In this document: in pieces, positions 30,701 to 41,400 of the stretch
Numbering within the stretch: the stretch's first letter is position 1
Layout: the number at the start of each line of letters is the position of its first letter
NCBI GenBank assembly: GCA_947494695.1
Contig: CANLWB010000018.1
Location: 5,265 to 69,264, forward strand
Direction: 5' to 3'
DNA from: an uncultured Flavobacteriaceae bacterium
GTDB taxonomy: Bacteria > Bacteroidota > Bacteroidia > Flavobacteriales > Flavobacteriaceae
Length of the DNA: 64,000 bases
Program-made: the position numbers and the translations under genes
The notes under the pieces: model-generated
Database searches by the model: none
The model's input: the letters and a program-made list of their open reading frames with translations, nothing else
Told to the model about the DNA's origin: nothing

Positions 30701-32596
30701 ATCGAGGTAATTGGGCACCCCATCACCATCGGAGTCCAAAACAACATGTCCTTCACTAAGATCGTGCATACCGTTATGATTGGCATCTACCCAGGATCCG
30801 CTGTTAGTAAGGGTTGCATTGCCATCACTAAGGTTACCCAATCCAATTTCCACAACCTCAGGAATACCATCATTATCAGAGTCCAAATCAAAAACATCGG
30901 CAACACCATCGCTATCCGTATCGCAAAGTGTTTGTGAAATAACGATATCATCTATAGCGAGATCGTTACCAGCACCTCCAACTTCATTATTAATAAAAAA
31001 CACATTAAATTCACTAACACTAAATGTTAGGTTGGCCGTAAACTGATGCCAACTGGCTGCTGGGTCTCCATTCACAGAAGGTGGTATATCGCCAGTAGTT
31101 ATTGAAGCTAAAAGGTTATTATTAATATCTCTAAACTCCACTAAAATATCTGGTCTCAGCCTGGTAGCAATTCCAGGTGCTGTTGTAGTGTCTAAGTTCA
31201 GAACCCAAAAGCTATAGGTTATCGGGACGTTTGGTAATGCCCCAACAATATTTGCGGTATAAAAGGTTCCCGGGTCGTAAGATGCATTAAACATAGCCAT
31301 TCTCCCGTTGGTATCTCCCGAAGTGTGATCTTCTCCGGTATACCAATAGTTATCCGCCCAACTGGCAACCTCTTCATTAGGTGTGTCATTTATTCCATCT
31401 CCATCTCCAGCCTTATAGTATACCACATATTCTCCATCACTTAAGTTATCATTATCTAGACTAGGGCATTCGGTTGCGCTCGTACCTACAGTTCCGTCCT
31501 CATAACAATAGGTCGTTATGGCATCATATGTTGTATTAATGGTTGTTCTGGTTCCTTCTCCAAATGTTTCATTTAAGAATTTGTAATTCGCTGTTGGGGC
31601 AATTGAAGAAAGGGCACAGGTGTTTTCTTCATCAGAATCCGGAATGCCGTCATTATCATCATCAATATCAATATTATCTAAAATTCCATCCCCATCGCTA
31701 TCAAAAAAGTTTTGTTCTGAACGCGCTTCAATATCAAATTGAAATGACCCTTCATCTGAATCATTATTAGTAATCGTTACCGTTGTCGTTTTGGTACCTA
31801 AAGTTGCCGGATTAAATTGTATGGTGAATGTTGTACTTCCTGTTGAAGGAAGGACGGGAGAGCTGAAAAACGGTGCAATTAATGAAAAATCGGTTGTATT
31901 TGACAGGTTAATACTTGAAATGCTTAGGTTAGTACCACCTTTATTATATATCGTATAGGTTCTTGAAACCATAGTACCTGAATTCGAAGTGCCAAGTGAC
32001 GTGTGATCTGATATGGATGGCGTGGTATCTCCATTGGAAATGGAGCGATTATTACCTTCTACATCAATCTCTGGAGCAGAAACTTTTATAAGAACATCAT
32101 CAAAGTAACTGTACTCCCAATTGGCATCAGCCGTGCTTGTAAATCTAAATTGAGAACTCGAAGAGAGTCCACTAATAAGTGTTTGGTAAAACGTATAAAC
32201 ACGATTATTGGATACGAAATCAGTACCTAAAAGGTAGGTTTTGAGTGTTGACCAGTTTGATCCGTCATAATATTCAATTGAAAACCCTTCCCCAGTGTCA
32301 ATACCGTTGCCTATAAAAGAAAATGAAACATCTATAGAACTATATGCCGATACATCTAAAATAGGGGAGGTCGTATAGTTTTGCGAGGTGTCATTATCTT
32401 TAGAGTAGATAGATTGTGATCCGCTGGCAGCATATACGCTGTTGGTATTGAGTCCGGAATCTGATCCTCCATCGCTCCAACCTTGTAGTCCACTTTCAAA
32501 ATCATAAGACGCTATGGTCTGTGATATGGCGTTAAAAGGGGTGTACAGGTTAAATGCCAATAGTAGTATTGAATATCTTAAAACGATATTTTTCAT
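27722..32596 (-). CDS. giant multidomain T9SS-sorted surface protein
   Basis: 1624 aa with a signal peptide. The N-terminus is MAM-like (IASYDFESGLQGWSDGG...). Next come a choice-of-anchor-D/HYDIN-like Ig domain and many DxDxDGxxDxxD calcium-binding repeats. A jelly-roll domain ends in GNDLAIDDIVI, followed by a LamG module (TLMAWIKID...WIHVATSY...FHGCIDEVRVFSKALTENEL). A conserved module of roughly 550 aa follows, and the T9SS-type C-terminus is ...TGNYILKIETEFGTITKKVLIK. Confidence 0.8.
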   Translation of the reverse strand: MKNIVLRYSILLLAFNLYTPFNAISQTIASYDFESGLQGWSDGGSDSGLNTNSVYAASGSQSIYSKDNDTSQNYTTSPILDVSAYSSIDVSFSFIGNGIDTGEGFSIEYYDGSNWSTLKTYLLGTDFVSNNRVYTFYQTLISGLSSSSQFRFTSTADANWEYSYFDDVLIKVSAPEIDVEGNNRSISNGDTTPSISDHTSLGTSNSGTMVSRTYTIYNKGGTNLSISSINLSNTTDFSLIAPFFSSPVLPSTGSTTFTIQFNPATLGTKTTTVTITNNDSDEGSFQFDIEARSEQNFFDSDGDGILDNIDIDDDNDGIPDSDEENTCALSSIAPTANYKFLNETFGEGTRTTINTTYDAITTYCYEDGTVGTSATECPSLDNDNLSDGEYVVYYKAGDGDGINDTPNEEVASWADNYWYTGEDHTSGDTNGRMAMFNASYDPGTFYTANIVGALPNVPITYSFWVLNLDTTTAPGIATRLRPDILVEFRDINNNLLASITTGDIPPSVNGDPAASWHQFTANLTFSVSEFNVFFINNEVGGAGNDLAIDDIVISQTLCDTDSDGVADVFDLDSDNDGIPEVVEIGLGNLSDGNATLTNSGSWVDANHNGMHDLSEGHVVLDSDGDGVPNYLDLDSDNDTIFDVDESGATNIADTNYQNGDGDINGDGVGDGTDTDTVRETDIDSDGTSEFFTDGILDIYDFHEGVTFATAYGNSNQGATGSGWEHYVRDTDGDNIPDYIDVTSDGSTFDISHTLYADLDGDNDGIIDDTNDAEGDGILDLFDTDDGIFGSPRDLDRKLQLYFDGRNDYASEGSVIDGWGETTLMAWIKIDPSSSGVQVVVGQDEFYMRLNADKSITAFAGGNTITNGTPLTTNRWIHVATSYSDANSIFKLHINGTLSASVSISGTLNSDSSSFTIGRQPDTNSNYFHGCIDEVRVFSKALTENELHKMIHQEIEDNSGIARGTIIPLDITDFVDPLTVTPLNWSNLERYYRLDTYKDNVIDDLTTPTIDTGSGARIYNSKLIEIQTAPMPYITTSSCSGSWTDSSNWEQGSLWDISSSAPNCGIIQVKGDLQINTSLTTVGLFIDNGSSLQVTGDSGLFNTWYLKLDGNIDLEGDSQLIQTEDSMLDVTSSGTLEKDQQGTADTYTYNYWASPVGISNTTTNNNSYKVTDIFTNVTFLTSGYNGSPSPLGIADYWIWKFSNREANYSQWQHVRSTGTLLAGEGFTMKGPGTGTISTLQNYGLRGKPNNGDIDLTISTGNDYLVGNPYPSAIDAIQFILDNGATISGTGSTTGSLYFWEHWGGGSHILREYQGGYASYSLAGGVPAASFGTHHPDVSTEGTPTKIPGRYIPVAQGFFVSAEHGGTVKFNNGQRVFQVEDGSNSLFVKPSKKGKINNQGDTRMKLRIGFNSVSNIRRQLLITVDENASPNYDWGYDSKYIDTQIDDMYWLINDEKYTIQGINDINESTIIPLGMHTDKDGLNSISIDALEHTPDNFEIYLHDKELNIYHDLNQSDYNISLAPGVYFGRFELAFSKAQTLAVSDINDKPIEAYYSNEKNSIVINNPVSKLIESVEMLNTLGQSLFKFDIKTNKTYLVYNANQIKTGNYILKIETEFGTITKKVLIK

Positions 32597-32746
32597 AAAT
32601 AGGTCGGTTTAGCTTGGGGTTAAATATTTGTTGTTTAATATTTTACAAGGCAAATATACATTTTATTTTTATAAAAACACGACAAAGTGTTCGAAAAGTC
32701 CGATAAAGTGATTTTCCGATTGTAAGTTGTAGGTTATCCATGACGT

Positions 32747-32780
32747 AAAAAAGCCTGAATAAATCAATATTCAGGCTTTT
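32747..32780 (-). terminator. intrinsic terminator after the 1726-aa gene
   Basis: AGCCTGAAT-N8-ATTCAGGCT is flanked by A/T runs. On the minus strand it is followed by TTTTTT. Confidence 0.65.
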
Positions 32781-32804
32781 TCATTCAAAATAAGATGTTA
32801 GAAA

Positions 32805-35800
32805 CTAACGTATGAAGATCTTTTTCGAAAACGTTCGATGTTTGGAATTTATAGTAACAATATAAATTCCCGGATTCATCTGCTTTAAATCGTTTTCAAT
32901 CTGATTTTTATTTGTATTAACATGCTGGTTTAACACGTTTTGCCCCAGAGCTGTATAGACTTCAATAGATGTGATATCTAATGAACTGGGATTGTGAATG
33001 ACCAGACTTTGTTTTTCTTTAGAATGAAAAACTTGTAGTTTATGGTCTTCGGTGGTATTGTTGTTAGAAAGTACCACATCAGAGAAAGAAATCTCAAATC
33101 TATCATTATATGTGCCGTATTCCAAATACACCGAATAATCTTCTGTTTTAAGATCGTGATATAGGTTTAATTCCTTATCGTATAAAACAATATTTAAATT
33201 TTGGTCTATATTTTCGAGACCATCGATTTTAATTTTGGCAAAGCCGTCTTTATCAATTTTAATACCTAAGGGCAGGCGTTGGTCTTCATTAAAATTATTT
33301 ACGGCCTGAATAACCATAAACTTGTCATCATTTATCCAATACATGTCTTCCTTGTTCTTTCCAATTAATGGAGCATCGTAACCTATGTTAAATGCATTGG
33401 AAGCATTTTCGTCTATGCCAACTAATAACTGACGATGATAACCGTCTGGTGAATCAAACATTATCCGTATTTTTTGTCTGGTATCAATATTTGTATGTGT
33501 TGTTTTGCCAGTCTTTTGCCCTGGTTTTATAAAAATTGATGAGGCTGAACCTTCTTTTTGAAAGACACGCTGACTATTTTTAAACGAAATGGTTCCACCA
33601 GTGTCTGAAATCACCCAAAAACCTTGACCTATAGGCACATATTGTCCGGGAGTCTTAGTTCCAGGATCATTGTTCGCATTGATTCTGACATCATTGTTAA
33701 TAGCAACTGTACCTCCCAATAGATTGTAGGTTGCATAGCCCCCTTGATAATCGGCCAGATAGTGGCTATTCACTGCAAAGTGCTCCCAAAAATATATGGC
33801 GCCATTAATAATGTTACTGCCTGCTCTACCCGCACCATCACTCACGTTATCTAAAATAAACTCGTTAGCGTCTAGCGCAGAGGGGTAAGGATTTCCTACG
33901 AAGTAATCATTTCCAGAACCAAGGGTTAGGGTAATATCTCCGTTATTGGGTTTGCCATCAAAAACATAATTTTGAGTGGACGAATAAGAACTTCCAGAGG
34001 TTTCCACACCTTTCATGGTGAATCCTTCACCGGCATTAAGAAGCCCAGTGCTTCTTACATGTTGCCATTGTGAATAATCATCACTTGTACGATTATCAAA
34101 TTTCCAAATCCAATGATCGGCTATGCTAATATCGTTACCTGAAATGCTACCATCATACGTTGATGTTAAAAATGTTATATTGGATGGAGTTGCTGAGACT
34201 GTTCCATTTTTCAAGATATTATCACTAAGTCTGTAACTGTTGTTATTGGTGGTGGTGTTACTTACTCCCACAGGCGATGACCAATAATTATATGTATAAA
34301 GGTCTTTAGTACCTTGCTGATCACGTTCCAAAGTTCCGGCACTGGTTACATCTAAATCACTGTCTGTGGTTTGTATAAACTGTGATTCACCTTCCAAATC
34401 AATTTTACCGTCTAACTCCACATAATGTGATACGGTAAGACTGTAACCCGTACTTGTTCCTGTGTCACCACTAATTTCAAGTTCTCCACCACTATTCACG
34501 ATTAATCCCAGCACGGTGCGATTGCCATTTCTGGACGCTGGAATAAGGGATGTATCGGCGTTATCCATAGTGACAGTATGATCGATCTGAACAATATTGT
34601 AATCAATAGTTTCCTGCGCTACCAAATAGGAGTCTACTCCAGGAAGGTATTGTACATCTCCGTTTTCCCAGGTTGTGGAAGTGTCCCAATCGCCATTCTG
34701 TGTGGTTTTATAAGGGAGTGGAGCCGTTTGTTCATCTAGATCGTCATAACGTATCATGGAGGCATCGTTTCCGCTATTGGATTCGTCCTTTACACTTCCA
34801 AACACCATGGTACTCATGGGGTAGTAGGCGATTAGATTATTCCAGGGGATCGTGTTTATATCATTTTTGGTGATGGCAGTTGGCAAAACGGTACCATCTG
34901 CAAAGGAGGCATTATTCTGGATTTCCTGATTCATAATATACCGAATCTGGTCTGCAGATAGCGCGACATTCCAAACACGAACTTCATCGACACTTCCTCT
35001 CATTTTCTGCTGTCTTTTAATATGATGCGCGGCTCCAATTAAGAAGTGAGAATCTGATGGTGCCTCTATGGGATCCAGCGTATCATCGCTATCCTCTAAG
35101 TAGCCATCAATATATAAACTCACCATATTGGTTCCAGAATCGTATGTTGCTGCTATGTGATGCCATTCATTTTCGGGTATGGTTGCCGATGTTTGCATCA
35201 CGTTATTAGAACTGTCATTGGGATCTCTCCATACCATTCTAAACTGACTGGTAGAATTTATTCTAAAGGCATAGCCATGTGTATAGGTTTCGCCTGGAGG
35301 ACCAGGATCTTCATGAAAATAATTTCTTTTTGAGACAATATCAAATTTATTTTCTCCTACATCGCGTTTTACCCAGGCGCTAATGGTAAAATCTGTATTG
35401 TCCAAATCATTTACATCGCCGGCATCCAAATAGGTGTCGGTTGTTGTATAATTACCAAAATAGGCACTTCGAGATCCTATGGCAACTTCGGGTGTAGAAC
35501 CAAAGGTGATGTATTTGGTACCTTCAAAGTAAAAATCAACTTCTAAATCACCACTAACAAGGTCCATAGTGGCCGATGTGACATTGGTGGTAAAAGCGGC
35601 GTCATCTGCAACGATCATCACGTACTCTTCTCCGCCTGCATTGGTTCCGGATACCATAGATTCCGGAATAGAAAGTTTGACAGTTGGAACAGAGTCTGTA
35701 ACTACCATTTTCCATTTCCTGGTGATGGGTGTTACACTTACGCTACTGGTTACCGAAGTACCCGCACTAAAATCTTTAGTAATATCTGTGGCCGAGGTCG

Positions 35801-37952
35801 TCAAGCCATTATCATGACCCCACATTAAAAATGTTTTATCGGCCATGAAATTATTGGAATTACCGCTGTTTGTTGTTGTTATATCCTTTATACCAACGGT
35901 GATATCATCTGTGGTATTTATGGATTTGGATTGCTTTTGATTTAATCCTGAAATATTGTCCTTACCAATACCTGAAACATTGTAATTGTAACCAATATTA
36001 TCAGATTGATCCCAAATAACACGAGCATCGGAATCAACATAATCCTGAGATGTGCCATTGGTTCCTAATGTAACGCCATATTTAATGGCCAGGTAGGACT
36101 CTATCTTGTCTCTTTCTGCATTCGTTATAGATCCCGTATATACAATAACTTCGGCAATACCACCATCCCATCGTTTTAAATCGTTTGTAGGATGTCCTCC
36201 AATATTGGCAATTGGGTTTGTTGGTGCATAGGTATTTGTAGATGCTGTTCCAATGGAGGTACCGTTAACAAAGAGTTCGGAATTACTACCAGAATACACA
36301 TCATAATTGGAAATTATATTTGCGCCATTAGCAATTGTGGTGGTTGATACAACGCCAGAATTTGCCGCATCAAACATTCTCGCTCTGAATGTAGGCGTAT
36401 TGTCTTCAAATTCTATGATGATATTATCACCTCCGTTTAGGTTTAGTATTTGTTTTTGGGTGCCACTTTGTCCTTCACCAACAGTAAATATGGTCATATC
36501 TGAATTAGAGGAAATGATAGAAGTTGGTAAGAAGTCATCGCCATCAAAATCAATTACAGGGTTAAAATTTAGACCATCTTCATCAAAGACTGGTTGATTG
36601 CCTAAAGTGGCCTGAGTGGCGTCATTATTATTATTGGTAATGTCAAGCCAGTTTAGTACTGGGTCTGTATTTTCAGCACTATCCCCGGCCGCTTCTTCAA
36701 CTCCGGAATCTGCCTTAAGCCATAATTCGAGATTAGTGGTGATTCCTCCTGGTGCTGGGTTATAATTGAAATCTACAATTTGAAGGTTAGTGCCCACGGT
36801 TGAGGTTCCACTTCCCGCACGATGCACCCAATGTTCCGCCTGGATCAATGAGTTTAATTTGTAGTTTCTCCATCCTCTACCGTATCCGGCGCCGGTACCA
36901 CTGTGATAGGTGGAACCAACAATCATAGATTGGTTTAAATCGGTAAGACCCGCAGAGGTAATGTCATGGGTGACAGACGCAGCAGTAGAAGTGTCAGTAA
37001 ATCTGGTCACTCCAATTTCAGGATTACTTAATACATGAACGAAATGACGGTTTGTACCGTCTGAATCGTGTGAACCGTCAAATGTCCAGTCTACAGTTCT
37101 GTTATCACTTCCGGGATCGGTCATCGGCCAATTATCAGCGTTGGCATCATTAGTACCACCAGTAGCAGTATCTCCTCGATGATGACTAAATATAATTGCA
37201 TTAGCCCAATCACTCACATCGGTGGACGTACCAGTACTGCCATCGGATCGGTCTTTTAAGGTAATGCTACCCGTGTCGTCGGCTGTTTCTCCGGAGTCTC
37301 CATGAAGTACAGTCCAGTTAGCTCCTGTAAACTCAACAAGGGTTATGTAAACTCGAACATTCGGACTATTGGTACCTCCTTTTTCGACTCTTAAATTGGT
37401 TCCAGAAGTTAAATATGCAATAGCGGTTGCCGAATCGGCATCATCAGTACCTGAATCATTCATGATACCTGTAATGAATGGAATACAGTTATCTTTATTG
37501 GTAATCCCCGAAATGGTTTGATCTACGGTGTAAGTTCCTCCATTAAGGTCTATAGCGAACCGGTTTCGTACTATAAATTCGTTAGCCCCTCCAGACACGC
37601 CCGTATATTCCCAAATAGAGGTGTTAAATCTCGTATTTTCGCTTTGAGATCCCGATTCTCTGTAATACGTTAGGGTTCCTGGAGCTGTTAATTGTCGACC
37701 TCCGGCCATATCATCTCCTTCTCGTGCGGCAGACTGTCCATTAGCTCCCCCATGCGTTTTTCTGTTATTATTTGCTAATTCAATGGCACTATTAAGAGAG
37801 GATACAGCAGTAAAACTGGTATTTGCACCTCCAGAGTTGCCAATGTCGTCTTCTATATGTTGGACATTAAAATCTTGCGCGTTGATGTTTGCGTAAGAAC
37901 ATAAAAATCCTATTACGAGGATAAACTTCGAAAGTGTTAGAGTTGTTTTCAT
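32805..37952 (-). CDS. giant T9SS-sorted surface protein with two LamG-like modules, paralog of 27722..32596 over its C-terminal third
   Basis: The ORF is open to 37985, but the Met at 37952 gives a canonical signal peptide (MKTTLTLSKFILVIGFLCSYANINAQ). Two LamG-like modules are present (GGIAEVIVYTGSITNAERDKIESYLAIKYG; FTISAWVKRD...WHHIAATYDS...GSVDEVRVWNVALSADQI). The same C-terminal module as its neighbour follows. The T9SS tail is ...PGIYIVTINSKHRTFSKKIFIR. Confidence 0.8.
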   Translation of the reverse strand: MKTTLTLSKFILVIGFLCSYANINAQDFNVQHIEDDIGNSGGANTSFTAVSSLNSAIELANNNRKTHGGANGQSAAREGDDMAGGRQLTAPGTLTYYRESGSQSENTRFNTSIWEYTGVSGGANEFIVRNRFAIDLNGGTYTVDQTISGITNKDNCIPFITGIMNDSGTDDADSATAIAYLTSGTNLRVEKGGTNSPNVRVYITLVEFTGANWTVLHGDSGETADDTGSITLKDRSDGSTGTSTDVSDWANAIIFSHHRGDTATGGTNDANADNWPMTDPGSDNRTVDWTFDGSHDSDGTNRHFVHVLSNPEIGVTRFTDTSTAASVTHDITSAGLTDLNQSMIVGSTYHSGTGAGYGRGWRNYKLNSLIQAEHWVHRAGSGTSTVGTNLQIVDFNYNPAPGGITTNLELWLKADSGVEEAAGDSAENTDPVLNWLDITNNNNDATQATLGNQPVFDEDGLNFNPVIDFDGDDFLPTSIISSNSDMTIFTVGEGQSGTQKQILNLNGGDNIIIEFEDNTPTFRARMFDAANSGVVSTTTIANGANIISNYDVYSGSNSELFVNGTSIGTASTNTYAPTNPIANIGGHPTNDLKRWDGGIAEVIVYTGSITNAERDKIESYLAIKYGVTLGTNGTSQDYVDSDARVIWDQSDNIGYNYNVSGIGKDNISGLNQKQSKSINTTDDITVGIKDITTTNSGNSNNFMADKTFLMWGHDNGLTTSATDITKDFSAGTSVTSSVSVTPITRKWKMVVTDSVPTVKLSIPESMVSGTNAGGEEYVMIVADDAAFTTNVTSATMDLVSGDLEVDFYFEGTKYITFGSTPEVAIGSRSAYFGNYTTTDTYLDAGDVNDLDNTDFTISAWVKRDVGENKFDIVSKRNYFHEDPGPPGETYTHGYAFRINSTSQFRMVWRDPNDSSNNVMQTSATIPENEWHHIAATYDSGTNMVSLYIDGYLEDSDDTLDPIEAPSDSHFLIGAAHHIKRQQKMRGSVDEVRVWNVALSADQIRYIMNQEIQNNASFADGTVLPTAITKNDINTIPWNNLIAYYPMSTMVFGSVKDESNSGNDASMIRYDDLDEQTAPLPYKTTQNGDWDTSTTWENGDVQYLPGVDSYLVAQETIDYNIVQIDHTVTMDNADTSLIPASRNGNRTVLGLIVNSGGELEISGDTGTSTGYSLTVSHYVELDGKIDLEGESQFIQTTDSDLDVTSAGTLERDQQGTKDLYTYNYWSSPVGVSNTTTNNNSYRLSDNILKNGTVSATPSNITFLTSTYDGSISGNDISIADHWIWKFDNRTSDDYSQWQHVRSTGLLNAGEGFTMKGVETSGSSYSSTQNYVFDGKPNNGDITLTLGSGNDYFVGNPYPSALDANEFILDNVSDGAGRAGSNIINGAIYFWEHFAVNSHYLADYQGGYATYNLLGGTVAINNDVRINANNDPGTKTPGQYVPIGQGFWVISDTGGTISFKNSQRVFQKEGSASSIFIKPGQKTGKTTHTNIDTRQKIRIMFDSPDGYHRQLLVGIDENASNAFNIGYDAPLIGKNKEDMYWINDDKFMVIQAVNNFNEDQRLPLGIKIDKDGFAKIKIDGLENIDQNLNIVLYDKELNLYHDLKTEDYSVYLEYGTYNDRFEISFSDVVLSNNNTTEDHKLQVFHSKEKQSLVIHNPSSLDITSIEVYTALGQNVLNQHVNTNKNQIENDLKQMNPGIYIVTINSKHRTFSKKIFIR

Positions 37953-38430
37953 AAGTGGTTGGAATTTTAGTCTGGGACTAAACATTTCGAAGTCAATATA
38001 CTACAAAATTCTATAAAGTGCAAAAAAATGCCGCTAAGTGTAATACGTAAAAAGTGTCATATTTGCGTTGTTTTTTTCTTTAACCCCTTATAATCAGTGG
38101 TTTGGTTGAGTTTATGTTTTTGTAGTATTTGTATTATTTTTTGTAGTATTTTATGTTTGAATTTTTGATGAATAATAAGATAAAATAAGAATTTGAATTT
38201 ACCTTATGAGGACTTTTGTAAACTCAATTTTGATTGGTTTTCACAATGACAGTTATGATTTTATCTCGACTTTTTTCTTGAGAAGCGTTGAAAAATGTAT
38301 TGTTATATGCCTTAAGCAGAGGCAAATTGATTGCAAAAAGTAGGGTAATTTTTATAAATAATGTTGGAATATTCGTATTGTATTGAAAAAAACACTAAAT
38401 TGTTAAGCTACTAACCAATTCTTTTTAAAC

Positions 38431-41400
38431 ATGAAAACAATTAAGAGTTTGTGTTTATTGCTATTTATTTTATTTTCTAATTTTCTCTCTTCTCAAGCAC
38501 CAAATGTCGTTGTTATTATTGCCGACGATATGGGGTGGTCTCAAGTTAGTACAGGGCTAACTAATTTAAATAATCCAAGTGATTTTTATGAAACACCAAC
38601 GCTGGAAACTCTGGCGTCAGAAGGTATAGCATTTCCCTATGCCTATGTTAATGGAGCCAATTGCGCACCTACTCGTGCGGCTCTATTGAGTGGTCAGTAC
38701 GCTTCGAGGTCCACGAACAACATTTTTAATGTTTATGATTTAAACCGAGGAAATACGGCTTCTAATTCAACGTTAATTGGACCAGATATGGGATTGGCGT
38801 CCAATAATAACATTGATGAGATTCCGTCAAGTGCGATTACCATAGCAGAGACTATGAAAACAGCAGGTTATGTCACCGCTCATTTAGGTAAGTATCATGT
38901 TGGTGAAAATGAGGCTTCGAATACGTCTAACAATGCGCCAACCGATCAAGGGTTCGATTATAACTATGGAGGAGGAACTTCGGGGGCTCCCGGTAGTTAT
39001 TTCGCTTCGACCAGTTCACCCTATACCTTTAGCGGTAATATAGGTCCGGAGTTAGATGCTTATGCTGCTCCATATACAGCAGCAGAGTCTTTAATGCTTG
39101 CAGGTGATAATTCATTGGATGGCACCGCGAAGCACGTTACTGATGCCATGGCAGATGCCGCTATCGATTTTATGGAAACAGAAAAAAACAATCCGTTTTT
39201 TGTTCATTTTAGTAACTATGCAATTCATGGTCCATTTAATCCAAGCGATGCACGACCCGATTTACGTGATAAATACAATGCAAAAGCTATAAGTAACCCT
39301 AGTTCTATGGGGCATGACAGAAAGCCTGGTCAGGCAGCATTAGCAGAAGGCATGGATCAAACTATAGGGCGGTTAATAGACTATTTAAAAACGACGGCCG
39401 ATCCAAGAAACCCGGGGAGTATGTTATCTGAAAATACACTTGTATATTTTATTTCGGACAATGGAGGTGCCGTGCATAGTGATGATGCTGGGCCTTTACG
39501 AGGTATGAAAGGTGAATATTATGAAGGTGGTATAAGATCGGTTACCATGGCGTGGTCTGAAGCGACCTGGTTAGCCAATAAAGGCACGGTAAATAATACA
39601 CCCATAATAGCGTTCGACTTATATCCAACACTGGTTGAAATGGCTGGAGGGGCCTTACCTGGAGGTGGTTACGATATTGATGGCGCTAGCCAATGGCAAA
39701 TGCTAACCAATGGAACGAGTATGACTAGAGCGTCTATTTATTGGCACTTTCCAGGGTATCTTATTGATTCGAATAGAGACCAAAGACCGGTGTCAATAAT
39801 AAGAAAGGGCGATTATAAGCTCATTTATAACTACGAAACAGAATCTTACGAGCTATATGATTTAATAAATGATATTAGTGAGACTACGAATTTATTATCA
39901 GGGAGCCCAGATCAGGCGACCTTAATAACTGGTAATGATATGAGTACTGATTTACGTAATCACCTCATTAATGTATCGGCTCCACTTCCAACGTATAGAA
40001 GTGATGGAACGACCGTCGATTTACCTTATATCATTAGTACCAGTGGTAATCCGAATTCGACAGATGGCTGTCAGGCTATAAGCGGATATGATGCGTATTG
40101 GGATTTTGATACGGCCAGTGATGCCAATGATGCTTCGGGGAATGGTAATGATCCGAATCCAATAAATGGCACGTTAACTTATGATGCAGTAGATTTTAAA
40201 GAAGGTGATCAATCTGTTGTTTTTGATGGAACGGTAGATATTAATTATAGCTCTGCTACATTCATGTCACCGGCCACATCAACGAGAACCGTTTCAGCTT
40301 GGATTAAACCAACGGGGTTAACCGGTATTCAGGAAATTTTTGATGAAGGTGGTAATACCGTTGGAATGGCCATACGTTTAAATGGGGCTAATTTAGAATC
40401 TATAATACGAGATTCAACGACTACAGCTGATAGTTTATCGGCGACATTTCCAAATGATGGCGATTGGCATCACATAGCGTTGGTCTATGATGGCGCTAAT
40501 ACAAGTCATAAACTATTTATAGATGGTGTTATCGTTGCTTCCAGTAATGTTGCACCTGCTTCGCTGGCTTCCCATAATACGACAGGTGGCGGTATAGGAG
40601 GAGTGATTGGTAGCTGGGATAGTTTTGGTATTGCAGCAGATAGCTATTTTACAGGTAAAATGGATGCCTTTGCGGTATACGATTCCGTATTGAGCGATAC
40701 GCAGATATATGACGCCGCCTGTGTTGCCTTAACAAATTCTACGGCAGGTTGCCAACCAGCCACAGGTTTTGAGGCCTTTTGGGATTTTGATGTGGTGAGT
40801 GACGCTAATGATGCTTCTGGAAATGGACATGATCCCAACCCTATGAATGGCACGTTAACTTATGATACCGTAGATTTTATGGAAGGCGATCAATCGGCAG
40901 ATTTTGATGGTACGGTTGATATTCAATATAGTAATGGCGCTTTTTTAACAGCGGCATTAACAACAAGAAGTTATGCTGTCTGGATAAAACCCACCGCATT
41001 GTCCGGAATCCAGGAAATCATGGATGAAGGTGGCGGAAATCAAGGGCTTGCTGTCAGACTTAATGGGAGTAATCTAGAGGCTATTATTAGAAGTGGGACG
41101 ACTAATTCTACACAAATAAGTGCTGCATACCCTAATGACGGTGCTTGGCATCATTTAGCTTTCGTGTATGATGGTGGTGTTACAAGTATGAAGCTTTATA
41201 TTGACGGTGTTGAGGTCGCATCAGATGGCAGTGCCTTAAGTTCTGTTGCTGACCACACTGGAATTGGAGGTATTGGAGGTGTTATAGGAGGTAAAGATGC
41301 TTTTGATAATACATCTGATAGTTATTTCATTGGAAAAATGGATGCTTATGCCGTTTATAGCAATGCGCTTACACTTGCAGAGGTTGAAGAGTCTGCATGT

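Noticed and set aside
28116-31770. Multiple 60-103-aa ORFs on either strand inside the 1624-aa gene. Similar ones occur in the 1726-aa gene (34673.., 35569.., 36307..) and in the sulfatase genes (39098.., 40644.., 41355.., 41763.., 42449.., 42967.., 43506.., 43630.., 44818.., 45222..).
   Set aside because: They are shadow ORFs within very long, well-supported coding frames, and none has independent support.
37953-37985. 11-codon N-terminal extension of the 1726-aa protein (MFSPRLKFQPL).
   Set aside because: The Met at 37952 yields a standard signal peptide (MKTTLTLSKF...AQ). The longer start is possible but less likely.
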